Shown here piece after piece: positions 43,109-51,693 of a stretch of 64,000 nt of DNA. The position numbers and the translations under genes were made by a program. Source of the stretch: Thermodesulfobacteriota bacterium (GTDB taxonomy: Bacteria; Desulfobacterota_D; UBA1144; Nemesobacterales; JAJCZQ01); the NCBI GenBank assembly GCA_965203965.1, contig CBDBDR010000017.1, positions 928,911 to 992,910 of the forward strand, read 5' to 3'. Position 1 is the first letter of the stretch; the number at the start of each line of letters is the position of its first letter. The notes under the pieces were generated by a model. The model was not told the DNA's origin and made no database searches. It was given only the letters and a program-made list of their open reading frames with translations.

Positions 43109-44548
43109 CTACTGGTAACTTTTTACCTTCTGTGAATGTGGACTGAACAACACCATCCCAACAGCTACCAAAGTATTCACGATAAGCAATATAATATCAG
43201 TGCGTAAACCTAAAAACTCCATCATTTTCGGCACCAAACCGAAAAGACACGCCAGAAATATGACAAGACTAGCGCCGGTAACTAAAGGGATTACCGAATT
43301 GAATTTTCTCTGTTTGCATAAAATGGAAGTGAGAACCATAGGTGCCATAAGAGCGGTTCCCATAAATCCAGAAACTGCTAACTGTATCAAGCCCTGAGAA
43401 CTTTTTATAGCAACAATAAAAGCAGCAATGCAAAACACCAGTATTACCAACTTCACAAACACAATGGAAGATATATTTAGTCTTCTGCTAAATTTGCCAA
43501 AAGCATTGTTGATCTCCGACCCGAGAGCAAAAAACTGAGAGTCGGAAGTTGACATGGCAGCTGCTAGGATACCTATCAGCGCAATGGCACCTACAATGGC
43601 ATTTTGTTCAAGGATTAGCTTACCAATAAACTCTGGACCAGTTTTAGCAGGGATAGCAACCGCACCGTAAAGACCAATTATAAGCCCCGCTATAAGAAGC
43701 AGAAAAGTAAAAGAAGCGTGTAAAACCGGAACTTTACGTCTTTCGTTCAATCCCTTGAGTATACTGAGTCTCGCAGTTAGTTGAGGCTGCGATACAGGAA
43801 GTAGAACAATGGATATAAATCCTACAATAAGCCACTGGACAGACAAAACTCCCTTTGGACCAGGAGCAGATAACAAAGCAGGTTCGGTTTGTGCTACTGA
43901 TTGAACTAACTTTCCAATCCCACCAAAGTTCACCAGAACAATCCCTGCCATTATCCAGATAACAGTAAAAAGCATGATCCCCTGAAGTGAATCACAATAC
44001 ATAATACCTCTGAGTCCACCTATTGATGAATATAGATACATAAGTAGCAATATGATTACTGCCCAGACCCACTGGGGGATGGTATATGGAACGACATTTT
44101 CAAGAAGTCCGGAGGCTCCCTTTATCTGTATGGCTATGTAGGGAACGAGAAAAATTACAAGCCCTAAGACGTATACCCAAATTCCGTAAGAACCAAATGT
44201 TCCTCTGAGCAAATCTGATATGCTGCGAAACTCTGTCGCAGCGATTCTCTGTCTTAATTTAAGGGAGAGCCAGAGAGTAAATACTGCCAAAACCATGTCA
44301 GTTACACCCAGAAATATCCACGTTGCCACACCGTGCACACGGAAGAAGTTAGGCATTCCTATCAGGATAAACGTGCTGTATAGAGTAGCAAAAAACGTCA
44401 GGAATCCGATTATAGTTCCAAGATTACCACCTGCAAGAAAGAACTGATGCTCGTCTCCTTTGTTTTTCTTGTTCCCTATAACGGCCAGACTTATCAAGAC
44501 AATAAGATAGATAAGAGCAACTACAATAAATGTTATTCCCTTGTTCAT
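43109..44548 (-). CDS. sodium:solute symporter family transporter
   Basis: Polytopic protein of ~13 TM helices with SSF-family features. Confidence 0.8.
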   Translation of the reverse strand: MNKGITFIVVALIYLIVLISLAVIGNKKNKGDEHQFFLAGGNLGTIIGFLTFFATLYSTFILIGMPNFFRVHGVATWIFLGVTDMVLAVFTLWLSLKLRQRIAATEFRSISDLLRGTFGSYGIWVYVLGLVIFLVPYIAIQIKGASGLLENVVPYTIPQWVWAVIILLLMYLYSSIGGLRGIMYCDSLQGIMLFTVIWIMAGIVLVNFGGIGKLVQSVAQTEPALLSAPGPKGVLSVQWLIVGFISIVLLPVSQPQLTARLSILKGLNERRKVPVLHASFTFLLLIAGLIIGLYGAVAIPAKTGPEFIGKLILEQNAIVGAIALIGILAAAMSTSDSQFFALGSEINNAFGKFSRRLNISSIVFVKLVILVFCIAAFIVAIKSSQGLIQLAVSGFMGTALMAPMVLTSILCKQRKFNSVIPLVTGASLVIFLACLFGLVPKMMEFLGLRTDIILLIVNTLVAVGMVLFSPHSQKVKSYQ

Positions 44549-44603
44549 GTTTATTTTTTCATCTTGTAAAATACTTCTGTCTCGGATACAAGATTGTTAT
44601 AAG

Positions 44604-44825
44604 CTATTCTTCACCGCCTGATGTCAATGCTGCCAAAACAAGAAAAATATATATGGAAATTGATATTGACAGACCAGCCCAGAGAGTTCTGGGAAGTCCT
44701 AGAAAATACGGCTCAACTACTCCGTAGGGGATGACCAGAGGAGTAAAGGATATTGCTGCCAGAATAAATACGGCAATTGCGTAAAACGACCAGTAATAAT
44801 TTTTACCTTTCATATTGAACTGCAA
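44604..44825 (-). CDS. small two-TM membrane protein, likely accessory subunit of the adjacent symporter (DUF4212-like)
   Basis: 73 aa, two hydrophobic helices. Lies 55 nt upstream of the SSF gene on the same strand, an arrangement known for SSF small subunits. Confidence 0.5.
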   Translation of the reverse strand: MQFNMKGKNYYWSFYAIAVFILAAISFTPLVIPYGVVEPYFLGLPRTLWAGLSISISIYIFLVLAALTSGGEE

Positions 44826-44972
44826 CCATCTCTATGATATTTGGCTTTTCATTGATAAATCACTCTACTAAATATACAGAAAAGTGTCAAATAGATTGAA
44901 ATCCAGGTTACACTGAAGTGTTTTTCTTATTATTGACTTGAAAAACCATTATCGTTAAATTAAACCCCATCA

Positions 44973-46280
44973 ATGAGAAAGAAATATTTATACATGGAAA
45001 GTTACGGATGCCAGATGAATGAATATGATTCTAATCGTATTCATAATGCACTTGATGTAGAACTTACTGCCGACCCTGCTAATGCCGACTGCATAATTAT
45101 AAATACCTGTGCAATAAGAGAAAAAGCAGACCAAAAAGCGCTGAGTAGCATCGGCAAGTTTAAACACCTTAAAGCAAAAAAACCGGAAATCATAATCGGT
45201 ATCACAGGTTGCGTTGCACAGCTATACGGAAACAAACTTTTAAAGCAGATTCCCCATTTGGATTTTGTTCTGGGACCAAGAGCAATACCAAAACTGCCCG
45301 AGATCATATCCGACATTGAAATAAAAAAATCAAGACCCGTTGAAACATCTTTTGATATAGAAGAGGTTTTTGAGATCGCTCCCTATCATGAGAAAGGAAA
45401 AGTAAATGGTTATCTTTCAATTCAGCAAGGTTGTAACAAAAGATGTACCTACTGCATAGTTCCAAAAGTAAGAGGAAGTGAGCTAAACAGGCCAACTGAA
45501 AATATAGTAAGAGAAGCGGTCTATCTTTTATCACAAGGAGTCAAAGAAATAACCTTGATAGGACAGACGGTCAATTCATGGAAAAATGGCAAATACAAGT
45601 TTGGCGACCTTTTGAGAATCATCAGCGAACTTGAAGGACTTGAAAGGCTAAGGTTTACAACTTCCTACCCACGAGATATAACAAAACGCATGATTGACGC
45701 AATGAAAGAAACAAAAATGATTTGCAGGCACATTCATCTGCCGGTGCAATCAGGTTCAAATAAAGTTTTGAAGTTGATGAACAGAACTTATACGAGGGAA
45801 TGGTTTTTAGATTGTGTTCATAGGTTGAAAGATGCCATGCCCGGCATTGCCATTTCATCCGATATAATTGTGGGTTTTCCCGGGGAGACAGACTCTGATT
45901 TTCAGCAAACTCTAAGCCTGCTTGAAGAAGTGAAATTTGAAAGCTCATTCTCATTCAAATTTTCACCAAGACCCGGTACTCCGGGTGAAAATCTCGCTCA
46001 AACCAACGCAGTTGGTGACAAAATCTCAAGTGAAAGACTGCAAGAATATCAACAACTCCAAAGAAAATATACGCTGCAGCAAAATCTGGCACGTGTTGGT
46101 ATAGTGGAAGAAGTTTTAGTGGAAGGCGAGAGCAAGCAGAAAGATTCAATGCTCTCTGGCAGAACGACCCACAACAGAATTGTTAATTTTGAAGGGGATA
46201 AAAACATGATTGGTCACTTAGTTTCCGTCAAAGTGCAGGAAGGTTTACCTAATTCACTAAGGGGAATAATAATAAACTGA
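44973..46280 (+). CDS. miaB: tRNA methylthiotransferase (MiaB family radical SAM)
   Basis: N-terminal MTTase domain (SYGCQMNEYDS), radical SAM CNKRCTYC and a C-terminal TRAM domain. Confidence 0.85.
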   Translation: MRKKYLYMESYGCQMNEYDSNRIHNALDVELTADPANADCIIINTCAIREKADQKALSSIGKFKHLKAKKPEIIIGITGCVAQLYGNKLLKQIPHLDFVLGPRAIPKLPEIISDIEIKKSRPVETSFDIEEVFEIAPYHEKGKVNGYLSIQQGCNKRCTYCIVPKVRGSELNRPTENIVREAVYLLSQGVKEITLIGQTVNSWKNGKYKFGDLLRIISELEGLERLRFTTSYPRDITKRMIDAMKETKMICRHIHLPVQSGSNKVLKLMNRTYTREWFLDCVHRLKDAMPGIAISSDIIVGFPGETDSDFQQTLSLLEEVKFESSFSFKFSPRPGTPGENLAQTNAVGDKISSERLQEYQQLQRKYTLQQNLARVGIVEEVLVEGESKQKDSMLSGRTTHNRIVNFEGDKNMIGHLVSVKVQEGLPNSLRGIIIN

Positions 46281-46294
46281 AAAAATCAAAGACC

Positions 46295-46771
46295 ATGTTA
46301 CAAAAAATGAAAGTTTCGGGAGTAGCAATTGATCCGTTCACAAACAGCCCGATAGTAATATTAAAAAGTGAGGACGGGCTTAAAATTCTTCCGATATGGG
46401 TTGGTTATCTGGAAGCAAGTTCTATTTTAATGGAGCTTGAAAAAACCCCTCGCCCTCGTCCGATAACCCATGACTTAATGAAGAATATATTTGAAGAGTT
46501 GAATTTTAAGCTTTCCAGGATTGAAATCACTGGCATAAAAGATAATACATTTTATGCAAGCATATACTTACAAAATAACGAGAAAGAACACGTGCTTGAT
46601 GCAAGGCCAAGTGACGCAATAGCTATTGCCATAAGAACCGTTGCTCCGATATACGTAAGCAAAGAAGTTATTAAAAGCACCCAGAAGATTGAGATTGAGG
46701 ATAACAAGGAAAAACTGAAAGATATCCTATCTCAAATGTCCGATGAAGATTTTGGTAAATATAAAATGTAA
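46295..46771 (+). CDS. bifunctional nuclease family protein (DUF151/BFN)
   Basis: 158 aa with the DUF151 pattern IVILKSEDGLKILPIWVGYLEASSI...RPITHDL...ARPSDAIAIA. Confidence 0.7.
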   Translation: MLQKMKVSGVAIDPFTNSPIVILKSEDGLKILPIWVGYLEASSILMELEKTPRPRPITHDLMKNIFEELNFKLSRIEITGIKDNTFYASIYLQNNEKEHVLDARPSDAIAIAIRTVAPIYVSKEVIKSTQKIEIEDNKEKLKDILSQMSDEDFGKYKM

Positions 46772-46775
46772 TAAA

Positions 46776-46991
46776 CTAATGGTAGGCATGGCTTTTTAGA
46801 ACCTTCTTATCCGTTATCACTTTAAGCACTTCGCCGCATTTATCGCACTGAAAATTGAGTTTACTTGGGGTATGACTGATGCCAATACTGACAATTAACA
46901 ACCCCCAGAAGGAATATATTGACTTGGGAACCACCCAAGGGTCTCCCAATTTATATCCGCATCTACATAATTCCTTCATTCCGGCACTCAT
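46776..46991 (-). CDS. small zinc-ribbon protein with central hydrophobic segment, hypothetical
   Basis: 71 aa with a CRCG...CDKCG pair flanking a hydrophobic stretch. No recognisable family. Confidence 0.4.
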   Translation of the reverse strand: MSAGMKELCRCGYKLGDPWVVPKSIYSFWGLLIVSIGISHTPSKLNFQCDKCGEVLKVITDKKVLKSHAYH

Positions 46992-47040
46992 GAATTTAGT
47001 TTCCAGGGAACTATATACTTAATTACCCAAACAGTTCTAA

Positions 47041-47163
47041 CTACCTTGTGTTCATTGGACAATCATTTGGTATCAAAGGTTCTCTTTGTTTAACAAATAT
47101 AGTATCTACTTCTTCTTCCATAGTTGCTCTAATTGGCAGTGTGATACTTTGTTTTCTACCCAT
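47041..47163 (-). CDS. possible small ribbon-helix-helix-like protein (40 aa), leaderless candidate
   Basis: Not in the ORF track (under 60 aa). Reverse-strand ATG at 47163 is immediately preceded by a perfect TATAAT (complement of 47172-47177). Translation MGRKQSITLPIRATMEEEVDTIFVKQREPLIPNDCPMNTR loosely resembles CopG/antitoxin RHH N-termini. Confidence 0.3.
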   Translation of the reverse strand: MGRKQSITLPIRATMEEEVDTIFVKQREPLIPNDCPMNTR

Positions 47164-47481
47164 GGCTTAGCATTATACCCACCTGCTTTCTACTAACATA
47201 TTGTACCTGTTAGAAGCTAAAAATACACTTGACGTTCCCTTAAATAGTGTAGCATTTTCATCATTCGGTTAGCCAGATGAGAACCGCGAAGTGTCAGTCT
47301 CCGTGAATATAAAACCCGACACTGCCTTACACAAATCATGCAATGGTGGAAAATAAACGGAACGCTAAACACTTGTCTGGCAATTAAACAAGACCCGGCA
47401 CCTGTATATTAGGTTCTGGAAAATACAATTACCATACAATAAGCTATGAAACTTATTTTACCTAACAGCCAAAGTTATTTA

Positions 47482-48282
47482 TTAAAACAAGTCGTTCAAC
47501 TTGTGCACCTCTTGTTCGGTCAAATCCCATCCAGAGGCACGGCAGTTTTCTTCAGTTCTTTCAACGGAGTCGGATTTTGGAATTACCACCACGTTTTTGT
47601 GTCTCAGACACCAGTTCAGTGAGACCTGCCCCACAGTTCTGTTATTGTCTTTGGCAATTTCAGTCAAGGTATTATATTTCCCCGAACCGGTCAATCCAGC
47701 CTTCTTGCAAAGTTTACCCCCATCAAGGGGCGTGTAGGCAATAATTGTAATATCGTTTCTGAGACAGTAGGGAAGAAGCTCTTGCTCAACTTCCCTTGAG
47801 TTTAAATTATATAAAACCTGATTGGATTGAATTTTATAATTTGGGGAAAAATGTTGAGCTTCCACCATTTCATTGAGTGAGAAATTACTAACTCCTATGT
47901 AGTTAACCGATCCCTCATCAACTAATCTCTGCATTGCTCTCATAGTGTCTTTTATCGGAAAAGATGGGTTGGGCCAATGCACCTGATAAAGATCAATCCA
48001 GTCCGTTTGCAACTTTACAAGACTTTGCTCACATGAACTTAGAACACCATCATAACCGAGATGCCTTCCTGATACTTTGGTTGCAACTACTATTTTGTTT
48101 CTGATATTCTTTATTGCTTCGCCAACCACATCTTCAGTGTAATATCCTTCAGCCGTGTCGATGAAGTTCACACCCAACTCTATACCTTTAGTTAAAGGTG
48201 CCACCCTGCCCTTGTAATTCCAGGTTCCAAGACCAATCTCGGAGATTTTTAGATCGGTATCCCCCAGTTTTTTATAATTCAC
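47482..48282 (-). CDS. aldo/keto reductase
   Basis: AKR family (LGTWNY, FIDTAEGY, catalytic Tyr/Lys context). Confidence 0.85.
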   Translation of the reverse strand: MNYKKLGDTDLKISEIGLGTWNYKGRVAPLTKGIELGVNFIDTAEGYYTEDVVGEAIKNIRNKIVVATKVSGRHLGYDGVLSSCEQSLVKLQTDWIDLYQVHWPNPSFPIKDTMRAMQRLVDEGSVNYIGVSNFSLNEMVEAQHFSPNYKIQSNQVLYNLNSREVEQELLPYCLRNDITIIAYTPLDGGKLCKKAGLTGSGKYNTLTEIAKDNNRTVGQVSLNWCLRHKNVVVIPKSDSVERTEENCRASGWDLTEQEVHKLNDLF

Positions 48283-48406
48283 AAAACTATTTTACAGTTT
48301 CGTATATGCTATTTCTATGAGTTCCATATAGAAAGCTGATTCCAAATGTTACTTACATATTTAAATTCATGTAGAATTACACTAAATTTTTATATTGATC
48401 TTTGCA

Positions 48407-48480
48407 GGGGATGTAGCTCAGTATGGGAGAGCGCTGCGTTCGCAACGCAGAGGTCGGGGGTTCGATTCCCCTCATCTCCA
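48407..48480 (+). tRNA. tRNA-Ala (anticodon CGC)
   Basis: Manual cloverleaf: acceptor GGGGATG/CATCTCC with the G3:U70 alanine identity pair, D-arm GCTCAGTATGGGAGAGC, anticodon stem CTGCG/CGCAG around loop TTCGCAA (anticodon CGC), T-arm GGGGGTTCGATTCCCCT. CCA is not encoded. The two ORF-track entries overlapping it are artefacts. Confidence 0.9.
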
Positions 48481-48664
48481 CTACAACAGGGTTCGTTAGT
48501 GTTTGTCCTGATGGCGAGTAAAGAGAATAAGAAAGGTAGTGAGTACAGACTTTTCAAAAAGTACGTCTGTCCCATTTGTTCTGTTCGTTTGAAAAAATGC
48601 ATTCAGATTTCCCTTTGATTCAGGTTGATATTCTTATACTTAAGTTGGGGTATAATATTGAGAC

Positions 48665-49501
48665 ATGCCCACAAAGTCCCAGAACAAGAGTCCGAAGATA
48701 AAAGTAAGAAACAAAAAAGCACCTCACTACTCTAACCACAACAATATTTATATCTACAAAAGTGATATTTTGGATATATCACATATTCCAGAATCATCAG
48801 TTGATTTAATTATAACCTCACCACCTTACAATGTGGATATTAAATATAACTCACACAAAGACAGCTCAACATACGAGGATTATTTAGATTTCACGGGAAA
48901 ATGGTTAAAAAAATGCCACACATTAGCGAAAGACGATGGACGGTTTTGTCTGAATATTCCGCTAGATAAAAATAAAGGGGGCCAGCAGTCAGTTTGCGCC
49001 GACATCACCAACATTGCTAAACAACTTGGTTGGAAATATCACTCAACAATAATTTGGAATGAAGGAAACATCTCGCGCAGAACGGCATGGGGTTCTTGGC
49101 TGTCCGCCTCCGCTCCGTATGTTATAGCCCCGGTGGAAGTCATCGTCGTGTTGTATAAGAACGAGTGGAAAAAGAGCAATACAAAAAAAGAAAACGACAT
49201 CACCAAGCAAGAATTTATGGATTGGACGAATGGTGTTTGGACTTTCCCCGGGCAGAGCAAAAAGGGGGCTGGTGGACACCCGGCTGCTTTCCCACTTGAA
49301 CTACCACGCCGGTGTATCAAGTTATTCAGTTTTGTCGGCGATACAGTACTTGACCCATTTTTAGGAAGCGGCTCAACGCTCGTTGCGGCTCAACTCCACA
49401 ACAGAAAAGGTGTCGGTGTTGATATTGATAAGGGATATTGTGACATAGCAATCAAGAGATTGTGTGAAGAAGCGAAAATTAATGAGAGCGTTTTGTTTTA
49501 A
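48665..49501 (+). CDS. DNA methyltransferase, beta-class N4-cytosine/N6-adenine (Type II)
   Basis: Motif IV DLIITSPPYNV is N-terminal and motif I VLDPFLGSGSTLVAA is C-terminal. 278 aa. Sits immediately 3' of the tRNA and 4 nt before an HNH gene. Confidence 0.85.
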   Translation: MPTKSQNKSPKIKVRNKKAPHYSNHNNIYIYKSDILDISHIPESSVDLIITSPPYNVDIKYNSHKDSSTYEDYLDFTGKWLKKCHTLAKDDGRFCLNIPLDKNKGGQQSVCADITNIAKQLGWKYHSTIIWNEGNISRRTAWGSWLSASAPYVIAPVEVIVVLYKNEWKKSNTKKENDITKQEFMDWTNGVWTFPGQSKKGAGGHPAAFPLELPRRCIKLFSFVGDTVLDPFLGSGSTLVAAQLHNRKGVGVDIDKGYCDIAIKRLCEEAKINESVLF

Positions 49502-49504
49502 ACC

Positions 49505-50113
49505 GTGAAACAGGATAAACCAAAAAGAAAAGTGTCACAAAAAGACTTGATATTGGCATTCTTTAAAAAGCACCCGAACAAAGATATCCCTCATCCAAAA
49601 GTTGTGGATTGGGCAATGAGTGAATGGCGGAAGCAAACCAGCAGAGTTTTGAGAGATCCAGACAGAGCAATACGACTTTTACATGCGGAAGGATACTTGG
49701 TAAAAGTTAAAAAAAGTGTGTACCGATATGACCCAAAGATAGTAACCAAGAAAGAACAGTGGAATTTTACCGCATCACAAAAGGCAGAGATATTAAAAAG
49801 AGACGCTTATAAATGTGTCATATGTGGAAAGGGAAGAAAGGAAGGTGTGGAGTTGCATATTGATCACATAAAACCAAAACACCTTGGAGGCAGGGCAACA
49901 GTGGGTAATGGGCAAACTTTATGCGCACAGCATAACTTCATAAAGAAGAACCTTGAACAAACTGAAACAGGAAAGAAAATGTTTATCAGATTACATGAAC
50001 TCGCGAAAAAAGAGAAAAATAAAGATTTACAAAAATTTTGCACTGATATACTGAAAACATACAAAAAGCACGACATCAACGGACATATTGAGTGGAAAAA
50101 TGAAAACAAATAG
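49505..50113 (+). CDS. HNH endonuclease, probable Type II restriction enzyme partner of the preceding MTase
   Basis: HNH motif with Zn ligands (YKCVICG...HIDHIKPKHLGG...NGQTLCAQHN). GTG start 4 nt after the MTase stop. Confidence 0.65.
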   Translation: MKQDKPKRKVSQKDLILAFFKKHPNKDIPHPKVVDWAMSEWRKQTSRVLRDPDRAIRLLHAEGYLVKVKKSVYRYDPKIVTKKEQWNFTASQKAEILKRDAYKCVICGKGRKEGVELHIDHIKPKHLGGRATVGNGQTLCAQHNFIKKNLEQTETGKKMFIRLHELAKKEKNKDLQKFCTDILKTYKKHDINGHIEWKNENK

Positions 50114-50215
50114 GCAATATGTGATACTTTGATTGGGATCACAAAAGAGCCATAGTAAAGCACATCAAGCGCAATACCGAAAGCACCACAAAACTCTTTA
50201 AACTATTTATTTGCC

Positions 50216-50245
50216 TTGATAAATCACTCTCATAATTGTTATAAT
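50216..50245 (+). promoter_or_regulatory. putative sigma-70 promoter for iscA/erpA-like gene
   Basis: TTGATA (50216-50221), 18 nt spacer, perfect TATAAT (50240-50245), about 50 nt upstream of the start codon. The -35 and spacer 15-mer TTGATAAATCACTCT recurs upstream of miaB at 44853-44867. Confidence 0.4.
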
Positions 50246-50298
50246 ATTTACTACCGAATATAATTATTGATCTCAATTGATTGAATCAGGAGGCACAA

Positions 50299-50625
50299 AT
50301 GTTATTAGTTACTAAAAAAGCGGTTGCTGAGATAAAAAAACTTCTGAGTGAAGATAATTTAGAAGATACTTTTCTCAGAGTGAGAATAGTGCCTGGAGGC
50401 TGCTCGGGATTCTCCTATGAAATGGGGTTTGACGATGAGACCAATGAAAATGACAAGATCATTGAGGCAGATGATGGAGTAAAAGTTACCATTGATGAAT
50501 TAAGCTACCCCTATTTGGATGGTTCAACTCTGGATTTTAAAGATGGATTAAAAGGAAAAGGATTTTCAATTGAAAATCCTAACGCAACCGGTTCATGCGG
50601 CTGTGGCGAATCTTTCACGGTTTAA
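50299..50625 (+). CDS. iron-sulfur cluster insertion protein (IscA/ErpA/HesB family)
   Basis: Three-Cys signature GGCSGFSY and C-terminal GSCGCGESF. Start at ATG 50299 after AGGAGG; the ORF track begins 18 nt earlier. Confidence 0.85.
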   Translation: MLLVTKKAVAEIKKLLSEDNLEDTFLRVRIVPGGCSGFSYEMGFDDETNENDKIIEADDGVKVTIDELSYPYLDGSTLDFKDGLKGKGFSIENPNATGSCGCGESFTV

Positions 50626-50706
50626 AATATGAAACGGTTGGAATAATCGTAAAAACAAAAGCCAAGTCAAATTTCAGTTCGCAATTTACAGTTAGATTAC
50701 TGCCTC

Positions 50707-51120
50707 TTAAATTCTCCAACTTAATGTTTTTATAGGAGAGATAACTATCAATGCACTTATGCTTAATCTCATTTCTTTATACTGAGAATATTTTGCGAAG
50801 AGCAGATCAATCCCCCTTTTGTATTTAAACCCTTCAGTTATCAGCTTTGCCCTTCCCCCTATCTGAACCCATACCAGATCATCCCACTGCTCCGAATAAT
50901 CATCAATTATAATACAAACTGAATCACGTTGTCTAATGTTTACAACCCTCTGAAGCTTGATCCCTTCAACTTTTTTGGGTTTGCTGTCAATAGGAGTGTA
51001 GATTGTTTCTCCATCAAAAGCATAAACAATTGGCACTACATGCGGATCACCATTTTCATCAACAGTTGCTAGACGCGCCACCCTGTGATTGTCAATAAAA
51101 GCCTTCTCCTTGCCATTCAT
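50707..51120 (-). CDS. pyridoxamine 5'-phosphate oxidase family protein (FMN/F420-binding split barrel)
   Basis: PNPOx-like fold pattern (ARLATVDENGDPHVVPIVYAFDGETIY). Confidence 0.7.
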   Translation of the reverse strand: MNGKEKAFIDNHRVARLATVDENGDPHVVPIVYAFDGETIYTPIDSKPKKVEGIKLQRVVNIRQRDSVCIIIDDYSEQWDDLVWVQIGGRAKLITEGFKYKRGIDLLFAKYSQYKEMRLSISALIVISPIKTLSWRI

Positions 51121-51177
51121 CAGTCTTACTAATAATAACAGACATCTCTTTGCTGAACGATCTATAAGAGAAGCTAC

Positions 51178-51693
51178 TTATCTGGTATAGTTTTTATAAC
51201 CCTCTTTTTGTAACTTTTCAGCTTTTTCAACAACACCGCCAAACAGAGTTGCTTTGAAATCCACTATCTTTTTTCTTAACTCCAAATTAAAAGAAGAGAG
51301 CATCTGGGCAGCTAATATTCCCGCGTTCCTTCCGCCGTTGAGTGAAACGGTTGCCACCGGAACACCTGCTGGCATTTGCAAGATAGAAAGTACTGAATCC
51401 CAACCATCAAGTGAATTTGAAGACTTGATTGGAACCCCAATTACAGGAACCGGTGTAATGGATGCAATCATACCGGGCAAATGTGCCGCCCCTCCTGCAC
51501 CTGCAATTATAACCTTGATACCTTTTCCTTCAGTATTTTTGGCAAATTCAAAAAGTCTATCAGGAGTGCGATGCGCAGAAACTATTGTAACTTCGTTATT
51601 CACACCCAACTCATCAAGAAATTCAGCTGCTTCTCTCATTATTACCAGATCTGAATCAGACCCCATTACAATACTCACACATGCTTTGTTCAT
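51178..51693 (-). CDS. purE: N5-carboxyaminoimidazole ribonucleotide mutase
   Basis: PurE signature VSIVMGSDSDL and SAHRTP. Confidence 0.9.
   Translation of the reverse strand: MNKACVSIVMGSDSDLVIMREAAEFLDELGVNNEVTIVSAHRTPDRLFEFAKNTEGKGIKVIIAGAGGAAHLPGMIASITPVPVIGVPIKSSNSLDGWDSVLSILQMPAGVPVATVSLNGGRNAGILAAQMLSSFNLELRKKIVDFKATLFGGVVEKAEKLQKEGYKNYTR

Noticed and set aside
48346-48618. ORF-track entries 48346-48618 (+) and 48390-48602 (-)
   Set aside because: Both overlap the tRNA-Ala gene and its flanks and have no coding features; these are artefactual reading frames.
50114-50298. Search for a duplicated tRNA-Ala 3' segment (attR-like direct repeat) after the HNH gene
   Set aside because: No copy of the tRNA 3' end is visible between the HNH gene and the iscA-like gene, so no integrative-element boundaries are called.
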